Shown one piece after another: positions 19,436 through 31,254 of a stretch of 64,000 nucleotides of DNA. The position numbers were made by a program, and so were the translations under genes. The notes beneath the pieces were generated by a model. The model did no database searches, was not told where the DNA came from, and saw only the letters and a program-made list of their open reading frames with translations. Every line of letters begins with the position of its first letter. Positions within the stretch are counted from its first letter, which is position 1. Origin of the DNA: an uncultured virus (IMG/VR IMGVR_UViG_3300044971_002243) (lineage: Duplodnaviria; Heunggongvirae; Uroviricota; Caudoviricetes); IMG/VR virus record IMGVR_UViG_3300044971_002243; one strand, written 5' to 3'.

Positions 19436-20062
19436 ATGGATACATTACATGCGATAAAATCTTTGTCAAACACAAAGAAAATGCTTGAAGACCTTATCTT
19501 AAACAAAGAACAAAACTTCGGCATCAAAAACATCCCTAAACCAGTAACAGAATTAATTCATGCAGCCGATGCATGTGTTAATGCTCTTCAAAATGGTAAC
19601 AAAATATTCTTCATGGGTAACGGTGGTTCAGCAGCAGAGGCACAACATCTTGCTGGTGAATTGGTTTCTTATTTTATGGTAAAAAGTGAACCATATGCAG
19701 CAATTGCATTAAACACCGATACTTCAATCATCACTGCCATATCAAATGATATCGGTTATAAACACATATTCTCACGCCAACTTCAAGCACTATCGAAGCC
19801 CGGTGACGTAGCAATTTATCTGTCCACATCTGGTTCTTCAGAAAATATTCTAGAAGCAATGAAGTTTGGTAAAATAAATGGACTGGTAAATGTAGCGTTT
19901 ACTGGTTTGAAAACTTGGCTCATGCAAGATTATGCCGATTACTATGTGGCTATACCATCATCAGTTACTCCACAAATACAAGAAGGTCACTTGATGCTAG
20001 GTCATTTGCTTTGCCATATCATTGAAGAAAAATTACAACCTAAAGCAAAAGATGATTTCTAA
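19436..20062 (+). CDS. gmhA: phosphoheptose isomerase (SIS domain)
   Basis: GNGGSAAEAQH, SND, STSGSSEN and QEGH motifs. Confidence 0.9.
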   Translation: MDTLHAIKSLSNTKKMLEDLILNKEQNFGIKNIPKPVTELIHAADACVNALQNGNKIFFMGNGGSAAEAQHLAGELVSYFMVKSEPYAAIALNTDTSIITAISNDIGYKHIFSRQLQALSKPGDVAIYLSTSGSSENILEAMKFGKINGLVNVAFTGLKTWLMQDYADYYVAIPSSVTPQIQEGHLMLGHLLCHIIEEKLQPKAKDDF

Positions 20063-20376
20063 TGCCTAAAGAAAAGTCTTGTCCACGTTGCGGCACTACA
20101 CACAAGAAACGTGGACCTTATTGTTCAATGTCCTGTGCAAATGTACGTGAACATTCGGATGAAGACAAAACAGTTCGGCGCAAAAAACTAATCGAATATC
20201 ATCAAACACCTGAGGGTGCAGCAACAAGAGCAAAGTCTTCCGAAATGATGTCCGCCAAAAGAAGAGGTGAGGACTGGGAAAGAGTGGAAATGGAAGATTA
20301 TGCGATAGATATCCCTGACGTTACCGATTATATAGCAGAGTATGATGATATGTGGTCAAGAGCAGAAAAGTGGTAA
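20062..20376 (+). CDS. hypothetical zinc-finger protein
   Basis: CPRCG...YCSMSCAN. Confidence 0.6.
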   Translation: MPKEKSCPRCGTTHKKRGPYCSMSCANVREHSDEDKTVRRKKLIEYHQTPEGAATRAKSSEMMSAKRRGEDWERVEMEDYAIDIPDVTDYIAEYDDMWSRAEKW

Positions 20377-20585
20377 TAAATAGCTCTTGACAGCAGATGA
20401 ATAATACAATACAATATATCTATGGCTGACATATATACATTTACACCGAAAAATAAACCCGAAACGTTCTATGAACTTGATAGACTTCGGGCAAAACTTA
20501 TGGAGTTGTATGAGTCGAGGGATGCCCTTAACAAAGAAATCAGATATACAAAAGACGCTATCACGCTCCTTGAAGGAGGTGAAAA

Positions 20586-20831
20586 ATGATTGACGATAAT
20601 GAAGATGATATGTATGGTGATGCGATTCAAAGTCTCAGTATAATTGATAAGCTTGACGTTCTGATTCATTTGATACAGAATAGTAGTTATGAAAAACAAA
20701 GGTCTTTACTCCACTTACTTGAGGAAACAAAGTTTCACTTACTTCATGCCTGGAATGAAGCACAATATTATCGTGAATTATGTGAGGGATATGAAACTAC
20801 CATCAACAAAGCCGCCAGTGGACTGAAATAG
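20586..20831 (+). CDS. hypothetical protein
   Basis: AGGAGG SD. Confidence 0.55.
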   Translation: MIDDNEDDMYGDAIQSLSIIDKLDVLIHLIQNSSYEKQRSLLHLLEETKFHLLHAWNEAQYYRELCEGYETTINKAASGLK

Positions 20832-20950
20832 TTTGTAGAGTCCACTGTCAAGGAGACAGATATGGACGTTATATACAAACAAATTTTGGTTTTTCTTGTG
20901 TTATTACTTGTAACACTTCTTTTACCAACCTTTTTTAATCTATTAACCCT

Positions 20951-21829
20951 ATGAAAGATAGTAGACCATATAAACATTTTACTATTCTTGAGTGGATTGT
21001 TGTTTTTGGTATTTTATTTTTTCTGGTAATAATGTCTGCGGAAGCAAAGACCAAACGACATGCAGTGTATAATATAACTCAGAGAAATTTATCTGTAATG
21101 ATTACAGATATAACTGATGGTAAAATTTTGTGTGCAACAAACGCTGAAGAAGTTCGTGCGTTGGCTAGTATCACAAAGTTGATGACTGCAATGATTGCGT
21201 TGGATGACAATGATGATATGAGCCATAAAATAATGTTGAGCCGAAATGCTGGCTCTCATTTGCCGGTTCGGGAGTATACACGTGAAGAGTTGTTTCATGC
21301 GTTGTTGGTGAAAAGTGATAATGGCGCAGCAGAAACATTTGCAAGAAATTATCCAGGTGGTCGTGAGGCATTTCTAAACAGAATGAATTTACGTGCCAGA
21401 ACGATAGGAATGAAAGATACGCATTTTGATGACCCATCTGGATTGAGTAGTAAGAATGTAAGTACCGCACGTGATATTACTTTAATGGTTATGGCAGCAT
21501 CTTATTATGAACGTATCAGGGAAATATCAACAAAAAAATCTGCATACATTACGACCGAAAGTAAACGAAAACAAAGAACTGTTGTATTGAATAATACCAA
21601 TCGATTGATTCTTTCACAATTAGACGGTGTAAAAGTAAGCAAAACTGGTTACACAAATCCAGCTGGTTTTTGTGTAGCAATAATGGTTGAAAAGATAATT
21701 AATAACGAAAAACATTATCAAGTGTATGTTGTTATGGGTGCCAAGAATCCTAAACAAAGGGCTGATGAAATAAAACGATTAGTGTACATTCAAGATGGAG
21801 AAATGAATCATGAAACGGAACGAATTTGA
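20951..21829 (+). CDS. D-alanyl-D-alanine carboxypeptidase/endopeptidase (peptidase S11)
   Basis: SxxK (ASITK), SxN (SDN) and KTG catalytic motifs. N-terminal TM. Confidence 0.9.
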   Translation: MKDSRPYKHFTILEWIVVFGILFFLVIMSAEAKTKRHAVYNITQRNLSVMITDITDGKILCATNAEEVRALASITKLMTAMIALDDNDDMSHKIMLSRNAGSHLPVREYTREELFHALLVKSDNGAAETFARNYPGGREAFLNRMNLRARTIGMKDTHFDDPSGLSSKNVSTARDITLMVMAASYYERIREISTKKSAYITTESKRKQRTVVLNNTNRLILSQLDGVKVSKTGYTNPAGFCVAIMVEKIINNEKHYQVYVVMGAKNPKQRADEIKRLVYIQDGEMNHETERI

Positions 21830-22025
21830 TGCTGTTATGAATCGGATTAAGAATTTATCAGAGTATGAAGTTGAAGTAAATGTGCCAGATGATTTTCAAT
21901 TTTATGGTGAAGTGCCATATGATATGAATATTGCAGGAGATAAGGCATGGGTCAAAGTTTTAGCAGAATCAATGGAAGAAGCAAAATTAAAAGCATATGA
22001 ATACTTTGAAGGCAAATACAAATAA
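21810..22025 (+). CDS. hypothetical protein
   Basis: ORF in operon. Confidence 0.55.
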   Translation: MKRNEFDAVMNRIKNLSEYEVEVNVPDDFQFYGEVPYDMNIAGDKAWVKVLAESMEEAKLKAYEYFEGKYK

Positions 22026-22141
22026 ACCCTGGATGGCATCAGAGTACGATATACCAGTGCTAGACAATGAAGAGATGTGGTCGCAACAAGTAATTGATGA
22101 TGCGGCTAAAGAAACAATATTAGATATTGATAAAGAATAAT

Positions 22142-22225
22142 GCGAGTGTGGTGGAATGGTATACACAGCAGACTTAAAATCTGCCGCCTTCGGGATTGAG
22201 GGTTCAAGTCCCTCCACTCGTACCA
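22142..22225 (+). tRNA. tRNA-Leu(TAA)
   Basis: Cloverleaf with long variable arm and encoded CCA. Confidence 0.95.
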
Positions 22226-22226
22226 C

Positions 22227-22302
22227 GGGCTGTTAGCTTAATGGTCAAAGCAGCGAACTCATAATTCGTTGAGTGCAGGTTCGACTCCTGCACAGCCCAC
22301 CA
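22227..22302 (+). tRNA. tRNA with CAT anticodon (probably Ile2/lysidine type, otherwise Met)
   Basis: Cloverleaf with CTCATAA loop. Separate initiator-like and elongator-like CAT tRNAs occur elsewhere. Confidence 0.85.
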
Positions 22303-22307
22303 AATAC

Positions 22308-22382
22308 CTGGCGTTCGTTCAACGGATAGGACAGGAGTCTTCTAAACTCTTAATGGGGGTTCGATTCCCTCACGCCGGACCA
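22308..22382 (+). tRNA. tRNA-Arg(TCT)
   Basis: Cloverleaf with CTTCTAA loop and CCA. Confidence 0.9.
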
Positions 22383-22401
22383 ACTTTACTATGGAGATAT
22401 T

Positions 22402-22758
22402 ATGGATGAAATGCCAGTAAGAGAAAAATATTGGTGGGAAAATTATCCACTACACAAAGTATGGTGCAACGATGCTTGCCCTATAGTTCCTCGTTTTAAA
22501 TATAGACCCGGTGATGAATACAATTCAAACAATTGGTCTTTTCATTGGCTACTAATTCACATGTGGTCAATGGAACATTTTAGTTTTGGTGTTGATGCTG
22601 AAATTGGACCACATGATGGCATCTACGTTGGTTGCATTTTACCTTATCTTAGAGTTACAGTAGGCATTCGACACACATGGTATCAATGGCAAAGTAAACT
22701 TGCTACATTGTTGCGCCGTAAGCCTGCAATAAAAAATGAAAAGGGAGAATACAATTGA
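22402..22758 (+). CDS. hypothetical protein
   Basis: GGAG SD. Confidence 0.55.
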   Translation: MDEMPVREKYWWENYPLHKVWCNDACPIVPRFKYRPGDEYNSNNWSFHWLLIHMWSMEHFSFGVDAEIGPHDGIYVGCILPYLRVTVGIRHTWYQWQSKLATLLRRKPAIKNEKGEYN

Positions 22759-23123
22759 GTAATTCGGGCACATTTAATGCAACAGGCATTACTGGCATAA
22801 ATGCAAACAATCTTTGGATTGATGACAATTATGGCATTAATTCACTTGGCAATGGTAATCTTACAATATCACCACCTACACATGCAATTCAAGGACAGAT
22901 GATAACAGCTACATTGCACCTTGATGAAATGCAAATGCCAGTCCTGGGTGATATTGATATAAAAAGTAGACTTTTAAATGCTCTGGCTATCGAGTTACTC
23001 AGCGCAAAATGCATAGAGTTTACAAAACAGCAAGATGTTGCTACAAATACAACAGTTGTTCGTGCTAGAATCTTTGCCACACCCGACACCCAAGTAAGAA
23101 TTATCAGAGAGTCAACAAAATGA
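22755..23123 (+). CDS. hypothetical protein
   Basis: TTG start after GGGAG SD. Confidence 0.5.
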   Translation: MSNSGTFNATGITGINANNLWIDDNYGINSLGNGNLTISPPTHAIQGQMITATLHLDEMQMPVLGDIDIKSRLLNALAIELLSAKCIEFTKQQDVATNTTVVRARIFATPDTQVRIIRESTK

Positions 23124-23185
23124 ATGAAAAAGTTGTCAAAAAGAAATCATTATGGAGAAAAAGGCAGGCACCTAGCAGATAAAGC

Positions 23186-23214
23186 TTGACAATCTTACCG
23201 TACTTTGTTATCAT
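23186..23214 (+). promoter_or_regulatory. sigma70-type early promoter
   Basis: TTGACA-17-TATCAT. Shares GCTTGACAATCTTACCG with the 31931 promoter. Confidence 0.8.
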
Positions 23215-23243
23215 TAAAGGGTGATAAGAAAGAGAGAAAAGAA

Positions 23244-23516
23244 ATGAGTAAGAAAGTTAGCAAATTTGATATAAGTGAGTTGTGTGGCTGGATTGGTATG
23301 GTGTTGATTCATGCTGCTACTCTTCCTACTAGTTTGGGTGTGATTCTAGGGTATAACGATAGACTTCCACCAGTCAGTATGGTGTTAATGGTATGGGCTG
23401 GTTTGTTTCTGTTTTTGATTCGTGCGATAGGCAGAAACGATAAATTATACATAATAAGTAACGCTGTTGGTTTCTTCTTTAATAGCGTTCTGTTGGCTTT
23501 GATTGTGTTTAAGTGA
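23244..23516 (+). CDS. small three-TM membrane protein (SemiSWEET/PQ-loop-like topology)
   Basis: Three hydrophobic helices. LYIISNAVG motif. Confidence 0.5.
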   Translation: MSKKVSKFDISELCGWIGMVLIHAATLPTSLGVILGYNDRLPPVSMVLMVWAGLFLFLIRAIGRNDKLYIISNAVGFFFNSVLLALIVFK

Positions 23517-24845
23517 TTGGAGATTATGATGAAAAGCATTGAGTGGGAAATTCAAGCTTACGGTGCGCCGAAAGCAGACATTCTTGAGTCGATTACGGAT
23601 TCGGTTACATTCAAACTATCAGGTCCTGGTATGGTTGCTGCAAGCTATCTGTCGGATGCACAAGAGGTGTTAGAGTTTAGCCCGGATACTGCCCGAAAGT
23701 ATATCAATATCGCCAAGATGATTATGTTTGAATACGAACTAGGATTCAATCAACGATGAAAATAGATCCATTCTATATCGTAGCGGGTAACAGAGACCAG
23801 TTTGATAATTTTGTTATCCGTAAGCGTGTGCTTGGTTTTAGTTATGATTTTCGGTATGTATGGAATGCGGATGTGTTGCGTGGTTTGACCAAGATTCGTG
23901 GCTTCTATGTTGGTGACTATAAAAGCCACCCTGAATGGTTGAATATAAAACAAGCGATTGAAATTATTAAGTTGAAAGAGAGGGGTGCTAGTGATGTTTG
24001 AGAATGAAATAAATGATTTGTGCCGTGATATTGCTGAGGCTACATTGACCGACTTTACCGAAGATGAGTATGAAAATATGATGGACGAAATGTATGCCGA
24101 GCATCAAGCGTTGATGTATGCGGCTCAATCATACGATAACGATGCAATTGCATATGGACTAGAATAGATGGCATTAAAGTTGTGCAAAGACTGTAAACAC
24201 TTTTCAGAGGGTCCCGAAGCGGACCCTATTTGTACTCATCCTCATGCATCGAAGTTTGACGATTTAGTGTATGGTAATCATAGCAAACGGACATGCGTGG
24301 AAATGCGCCAAAATAAAACTTTATGTGGAACGTTTGGTAAATTATATGCAGCAAAACCCGGCTTTATACCAATGGCAATAGAATGAAACAATTACTTGAA
24401 AATCTGCCAAAAATTCTTGGGATACTACCCGAGATTATCAAGTATATCAAATATATTCCCATTCTTATGGTCCTTGCGGGCATAGGATACGGTGCATACT
24501 ATTTTGCAATAAACTATCGTGACCCTTACAAATGCTATAATAATCAATTATTCAAACAAAAATCCATAGATTCAAATGTTTATATTTTCGTTGGTGAGAC
24601 TTGTATAGATGGCAATGAAAAACCTGTTCCAGAAGAGTAATTTCAATTCCGAAAAGATGATATTGGTAACCGCATATGTGCTTATTATATTCGGTATTCT
24701 TACTACCATAAGTATTCTCCACGATAGACGAAAAATAGCCGAAGATTTTTGTGCTGGCAAAAATGGTGTCCTATTGCAGGATAAGAGCGGCCAATTCTAT
24801 TGCATAAAAAACAAGTCTGTCGTTTTGATATCAAAATAACACCAC

Positions 24846-24874
24846 TTGACAAAGTTTCCGAAGTCTGCGATAAT
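24846..24874 (+). promoter_or_regulatory. sigma70-type early promoter
   Basis: TTGACA-17-GATAAT. Confidence 0.75.
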
Positions 24875-25555
24875 GTATACATGTTGAGAGATAAGGAGTT
24901 TGTGATGTATTCGAATTTACTGGCTGAGGCAAAAGTGATTCAAGACGCATGGGGCTATGGGCTTCTGGAAGCGATTGAATATATTATTGAATTAGAAGAT
25001 CAGTACCCATCTGAGGTACGCCGTGAGTTGAAACAATTCTTGCGTGATGGTGCCCGTTTGTTTGCGCCTAAAGTTGAGTATGATTTGGTTAGTTCAGACG
25101 GTAATGTGATTGGTACTTATAATGTGGAGGCTGTATGATTGGCGAAAGTTATTTGGACGGTCAGCGTGTTATCGGTATGTACTTGGGTGACTATGCCGTG
25201 TCTGGTGTGGTTCGATTATCACGTGTCACCTACGGTGGTGGTATGTCGCATCATGTAACATTAGATAATCCTATAACGGTGTTCGGTGAGATACGTGAGA
25301 GTGTGATTCTTGAGCCTGAATTTGTGAAGGGAGTGTTGTAATGTATAAAGTTGATTTTGGTAATGTTCGGATTGTCTATGATGGTAGTCCGTTTGATGTA
25401 ACGTATGATGTCCGAGTTGAATGGCTCAAAGATGGTGAGTGGAAACTCTACCACGGCATCAATAGTCTGAGTGACGATTATGCCGAAACCAATGCACGTG
25501 AGTTTGCTGGTCGTGCAAAAGCAAAACTGGCTGCTGAGGCTGCGGTGGCTGCATA

Positions 25556-26128
25556 ATGTTCATGTTCGATGTTGAAACACTAGGGGTAGAATCCAATTCT
25601 GTGATTCTATCCCTGGCGTGTATCTATTTCAATCCCGATGAGCGCCCAACGTATAAAGAGTTGGTCGATTCGGCTTTTTTTGTCAAGTTCAATGTTCGTG
25701 ACCAAGTGGAAAACTATGGGCGAAAGATAGACAAGGGCACTTTACAGTGGTGGGAAAAACAGTGTGAAATAGTACGAAAAAAATCATTTATACCCTCAAA
25801 AGACGATAGAAATCTGAAAACCGGGGTCGAATCCTTTCATAATTGGATAGCATCAAAAAACGATAATAAATGTTGGGTTTGGGCACGTGGCTCATTGGAT
25901 GATACATTATTGCATTCAATTGAACGCCAATTGAAAGTTGAAACGCTGCTGCCCTATAATCGTTGGCGTGATGTCCGTACTGCGGTAGACTTCCTAACGG
26001 GTGGGAACAATGGTTATTGTACGGTGGACCATGTTGACTTTTTATATGAGCGTGATATAATAAAACATGATCCTGTGATTGATTGTGCGTTAGATATAAT
26101 GATGCTGCTATATGGCAAACCTAAATGA
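25556..26128 (+). CDS. DEDDh 3'-5' exonuclease (T4 DexA / Rv2179c-like)
   Basis: FDVETLG, WARG..D, RDVRT and HDPVIDC motifs. Confidence 0.85.
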   Translation: MFMFDVETLGVESNSVILSLACIYFNPDERPTYKELVDSAFFVKFNVRDQVENYGRKIDKGTLQWWEKQCEIVRKKSFIPSKDDRNLKTGVESFHNWIASKNDNKCWVWARGSLDDTLLHSIERQLKVETLLPYNRWRDVRTAVDFLTGGNNGYCTVDHVDFLYERDIIKHDPVIDCALDIMMLLYGKPK

Positions 26129-26409
26129 TAGATATATTTCGCCCTACTATAGAATGGATTCGTGATGACTGGAATAGTAATCGGACTCGGTTTGTTGCCG
26201 AGCTTTTTGCTTGGAGTCTTAGTATTGGCTGTGCTATTACAATGGCACTTACCGTACCAACTCCTCCCCTATTGGTACTTTATCCTGTGTGGATTACTGG
26301 GTGTGCTATCTATGCTTGGGCTGCTTATTCTCGGAAATCATTTGGCATGTTGGCTAATTACCTTCTGTTGACTACCATTGATAGTGTAGGTTTGTTGAGG
26401 ATGTTATGA
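26125..26409 (+). CDS. small membrane protein
   Basis: Three hydrophobic segments. Confidence 0.6.
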   Translation: MIDIFRPTIEWIRDDWNSNRTRFVAELFAWSLSIGCAITMALTVPTPPLLVLYPVWITGCAIYAWAAYSRKSFGMLANYLLLTTIDSVGLLRML

Positions 26410-28720
26410 ATGATAAGTTGATACAAATTGGTCTTGATTCTGGCATGTTAAATTATGTGGATAATGAAACACCACGCCATTATTTTTTATCTGGTCATGC
26501 CGATGAACAAGACTTGCAAAAGTTCGCCGAGTTGATTGTACAGGAATGTGTTGCCATTGTTGCTGATGCTGTAGATCATCGTGAACCTGCCAGCACTTAT
26601 GTGAGTAAGATCAAAGAACATTTTGGATTGACTGAATGATGAGATACTGGACAATTGTATATCCCGATCATAATACTCTGGGTGAAGATTATACTCATTG
26701 GGAAACACTATCTGAAAATGATATATTGAATCAATACTGGAATTATTGGTGTGATAAAATGTATGCCGCAGGTAAAGACCCTGAAGTAATGATATTTGAA
26801 AATTGTATTGAAGATTGGTGTACAGTACATTGGGCACAAAGAAACTATTGGCGTGAAATGAAGGAGTGTATACAATGATTGAATGTTTAATTGTAGGTGA
26901 CAGCATTGCTGTTGGTGTGAGCCAAGTTCGCCGTGAGTGCCAGTCAATAGCAAAGAGTGGTATCAATTCGTCCAACTGGAATAAACTCCATTTGCATAAG
27001 TTGAAGCCTACCAAAACATTAATTATCAGCCTGGGTGCCAATGACCTGGGTATTGATACTGAAGCCAATATTCGGAAGTTGCGTGAAAAAGCACAAGCTG
27101 AAAGAGTATTCTGGCTGCTGCCTAGTCAACGGCTCAAGCCCGACCAAGTTCGTGCAGTGAAGTTTGTTGCGATTGAATATGGCGATACTGTAATACCACG
27201 ACCAGAAAAAGATATATCTGCTGATGGTGTGCATCCTACCTACAAGGGCTATAAAGTCCTTGGCTACTTGACTGAATAATATGTGGACTCTGATTGTAAT
27301 GCTTCATGCTGTATCTCCCAATGTGCCGCCGTCAAAAGGTTCTATTCTTTTGTATACACAAGGATATGAGGAGTGTAAGCAGATAAGAGAAACGATTGTC
27401 CGAACATGGAGTTCGGACAAATACCGTGTAACGGCAAATTGTATTTCGGTGAAACAATGATAAAAGAATTTAAGTGGGAACGGTTTGGTGACAAATATTA
27501 TTATCACGATATAGCAACAGGTAAGATTGTCGGTGCAGTGAATAAAATTGCCCTGCAGGAAATATGGATATCTGTGGTATACACTGGTGAGTATAGTTTT
27601 ACCATCAACGATGAAAAACACCTAGGCCAGTATATTACAGTTGATTATGCAAAAGAAGCGACACAAAGATTTTGGGACATCCAGAATAGGACACTGTTAG
27701 AACAATGAACGAGAAACTTCAAGAACTTGCCGAACATGCTAAACTCTTAGGTCCTGGAAGTAGGATTGGAAACGCACACGAAGCCGCTGAAAAGTTTGCA
27801 GAGTTGATTATACAGGAATGCATAGCATGTTGTGGCTCACAAGCTGACATGAAAAACATTCGAAAGCGATTTGGACTGCCCACTGAAAGTAATGTAAAGT
27901 ATCCTGGGCCAGAAGCACAAGGGCATCATTCACAATATGGTCGAGAGTATAATATACCAAAATGAATAAGCAAATAAAAGAATTTGAAAAACAATGTTGG
28001 AGCCATACCATCGGTGGCGTACTGATTGATGGACATCTTCATTTTGATACACAAAAATTTGCTGAGTTGATTGTCAATGAATGTGCTGACCTATTTCCCT
28101 TAACCTTTACCGATGAGCATTATCAGCGCAGGATTGATAAAACGATTCGAAAACATTTTGGACTAGAACAATGAATGATGAGAGCCACCTACCTGTATCT
28201 GAGCAGAGTCTAGTATACCGCCTGCGAAAACGAGCCGAGATTCGGAGAAATATATCTGACCGCAAGAGTGTGCAAGAGAATAGACCTGACCGCATAGCCG
28301 ACCTATTAGAAGAGGCTGCGAATGAGATTGAAAGATTACAGAAATGAACGAATATTTCAAATCACAAATAGATGAAGGTGCCACAGACCAGTTTTTCTAT
28401 GCTATAATGCAAGAAGGCAACTTGACCATCCAACGGCATCGTGGCACACTGGATACCTTGCCCACGCTGGAATATGTGCGGCACTTGACTGATGGTGTGC
28501 CACTTTTTAAGGAACCACAATGAACGAACGAATTCGAGAACTTGCTCATGAGGCTGGATTACCAACATATAATCCAGAAGGCATTCCAACTAAATTAGAA
28601 AAGTTCGCCGAGTTGATTGTGCGGGAATGTATGGATGTTTTAGATCCGGGCGAGAATCAAGTGATAGCACGGTTTCAAGCAAGGCAATGGTTAGCAGAAC
28701 ATTTTGGAGTTGAACAATAG
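26406..28720 (+). repeat. paralogous small-ORF family sharing a KFAELI(V/I)xEC...FG C-terminus (ORFs 26406, 27705, 27962, 28520)
   Basis: Identical 22-mer AAAAGTTCGCCGAGTTGATTGT at 26518 and 28599. Shared AACATTTTGGA near three of the stop codons. Confidence 0.8.
26875..27279 (+). CDS. SGNH/GDSL hydrolase
   Basis: GDSI, LGAND and DGVHP motifs. Confidence 0.85.
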   Translation: MIECLIVGDSIAVGVSQVRRECQSIAKSGINSSNWNKLHLHKLKPTKTLIISLGANDLGIDTEANIRKLREKAQAERVFWLLPSQRLKPDQVRAVKFVAIEYGDTVIPRPEKDISADGVHPTYKGYKVLGYLTE

Positions 28721-28916
28721 TCAAATATATCATTCTAGCGATTCTCCTCACGGGCTGTACCCACCATACAATCACAATCCGTGTTATATCAGAATCCAGC
28801 ACTACGAAAAACCATTGTCTCAAAGACAACAAAATCATATGTGGTAGCAAATAAGCAAGATACCTCCGAGTATCATTTTCTTGCCAATCCTGCAACCTCC
28901 GAGTATCACAAGCCAC

Positions 28917-28945
28917 TTGACAATCCTACCAATTCCTTCTATACT
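28917..28945 (+). promoter_or_regulatory. sigma70-type early promoter
   Basis: TTGACA-17-TATACT. Confidence 0.8.
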
Positions 28946-29729
28946 AGAACCATAGAAGAGCGATAGGAGAAGCAAATGAGTATACAGTATATTATAGATG
29001 GGCGAAACGGTCGTGATGAGCGTGTGATTCTTTGGCGCACTGGCGAGTATGCCTACGAACTGGAAATTGGTACAGGCATCTATCGTCGGACTGTTACACT
29101 ATTAAACACCGAATACTACGAAGCACTGGAACAATTCGATGCCAGAGTAAACCACTATACGGAGATTGCATAATGAGCAAAGTATTCATTGTAGTAGAAT
29201 GTGAAGCGTATGAGGGTGATACCGTTTTGCGAGTATTCAACAAATACAATGATGCCATCGCATATGGCGAAGGGCTAGTATTTGACGGTACCATTAATGA
29301 GTTTGATGTATTTGAGCGTGAGGTGTACTGAGATGGAATTACCACTAGCGATAGTAAAGGCAAGAGCCCGTAACTGGGAAATTATCCTTGAAAAGCGTAT
29401 GGATATATTCTGTTATGGTGGTGGTATTATCACCAATCGACTCCACTACTATAAACGATTACAGCGTAAAATGGAATTAGAACAATTCTATAGCGTAAAG
29501 TTGCCATAATGCAAAATAGTATGCTGCTAAATGGTATTCCAGCAGAATATTATGCTGCAAAAATGCATTATATTGCATGTAACCGCACTACTTCCGAGAC
29601 CCTATTTATACGCATTCCAACGAAGACCGACCAGGTCCGATGAGTACCCAGGCGTTCGGACTGTCCCGCCAAAATTGTAGCGTAAAAGCAACGGTACCCA
29701 GGCGCCGCAGAATTCCGCACTAAAACCGC

Positions 29730-29758
29730 TTGACAAAGGTCGCCGTTCCTCTTATACT
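29730..29758 (+). promoter_or_regulatory. sigma70-type early promoter
   Basis: TTGACA-17-TATACT. Confidence 0.8.
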
Positions 29759-30594
29759 AGCCTTGTGATGAGATGAATTGGAGATTGAGATGATTGCGAT
29801 TTTTGTATTGTTTGCTGGTCTGGTGGTGTGGGGTGTTCTGGCCCACGGTACTGTTACTACTCTGGGTTAATACTATGATAACGGCTTCTACCTACTACTC
29901 TGTTTACTGTAAAGCAACGGGTTTGATAACTGCCAAAGGTAACAAAAAAGCAATGATGCGAATAATCAAAGCAAATCCTGGTGTTTATCAATTAGCAATT
30001 ACTAGCCGCCCGATTGGTGCGGTGTTTGGAGAATAATATGGAACTGATTGAAATTATCTTTTGTGTTGCTGCTATTCCTGTGGGTATACTGGTTGTCGTT
30101 GATGCAATGATTGACCGAGGTGAACTATGAGAACGAAAACTCTAATTCCTGGAATGAAAAATTCCGATACTGTCCGCATTCTGTTTAGTGATTCTGGCAT
30201 TTCCGTGTATATGACCGTGAAGCAGGCTATGAATAGTTTTGGTAAGGTATCACAATGCATAGCCGTGGAGAAGGCTTTGCGAGCGTTGGGTAATGCACGA
30301 CTAGACCCAGGTACCGCTGGTGCGGCTTGTGTAGGTTTGTGTGGTACCTGGGAAGGTCTGAATGTCCAAGTGAACTATTACACACCCTGAGGAAATTATG
30401 TTTACAGAAGAAGAGCTGGCCAGGGCTTATCAAAATTACAAGGGACCGGTGGCAGTTGCAAAAATGGCAAAACCGCGCCCTTCCGAGAAAACTTTCCGAA
30501 ACAACAAGTATTCCGTTTTTAATCAGGGTCGCATGAAAGCACAATTTGGTCAGAGTGGAGTTTTCATCATTACCGATAAAATTGCATAAAAAGC

Positions 30595-30623
30595 TTGACA
30601 GAGGTCCTGCACCCGATTATAAT
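30595..30623 (+). promoter_or_regulatory. sigma70-type early promoter
   Basis: TTGACA-17-TATAAT (perfect consensus). Confidence 0.85.
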
Positions 30624-31254
30624 GGTTTTGTGATGAATGATATGGAGACTGTATAATGTATGCCGTTGGTGACAGAAAATTCAAGCGTTTAGCTGCTGCT
30701 GTAGGGTACGCTAAAAAAGAGTTTGTTCGCACTGGTGTTGTGTTAGGTATTGAGCCAGTTGTTGTGTTGAACAAAACCCCTGGTTATGTTGATTATCTTG
30801 CTAAAGGAATGAAATTATGATTACTCGGCGTGAAACACTGAATGCCATCTCGACCATGCTGTATGAGGGTTGCTCTTATGGCTACATTGCAGGTGTGCTG
30901 AACATTGCAGTGGCAGACGTTAAGGCAGCCATCTCTGCATGGAGACTGTAATGAATGCACAATTTACAGAAGCAGATGTGGCAGAGGCACTGCGTGGCCT
31001 GGGTGCTACGGTACTGAAACCACGCAAGGCACCACGTGTAGTGGCCCGAGTGAAACAGAGCAAGGGTTTTGTTAAGGGTAGTAATGGTTTTGCAGTGGGT
31101 TATCCAATAAAGGTATTTGTATAAATGAGTAAAGCAAAGTTCAATGCACAAGAGGTAGCCCAGGCACTAGAGGAATTCCTGGCTACCACTACACCTATCA
31201 CCACCAGTGGTCTAGGGTATAATGGTGATATCACTGTATATAAAGAGGGTGCAG

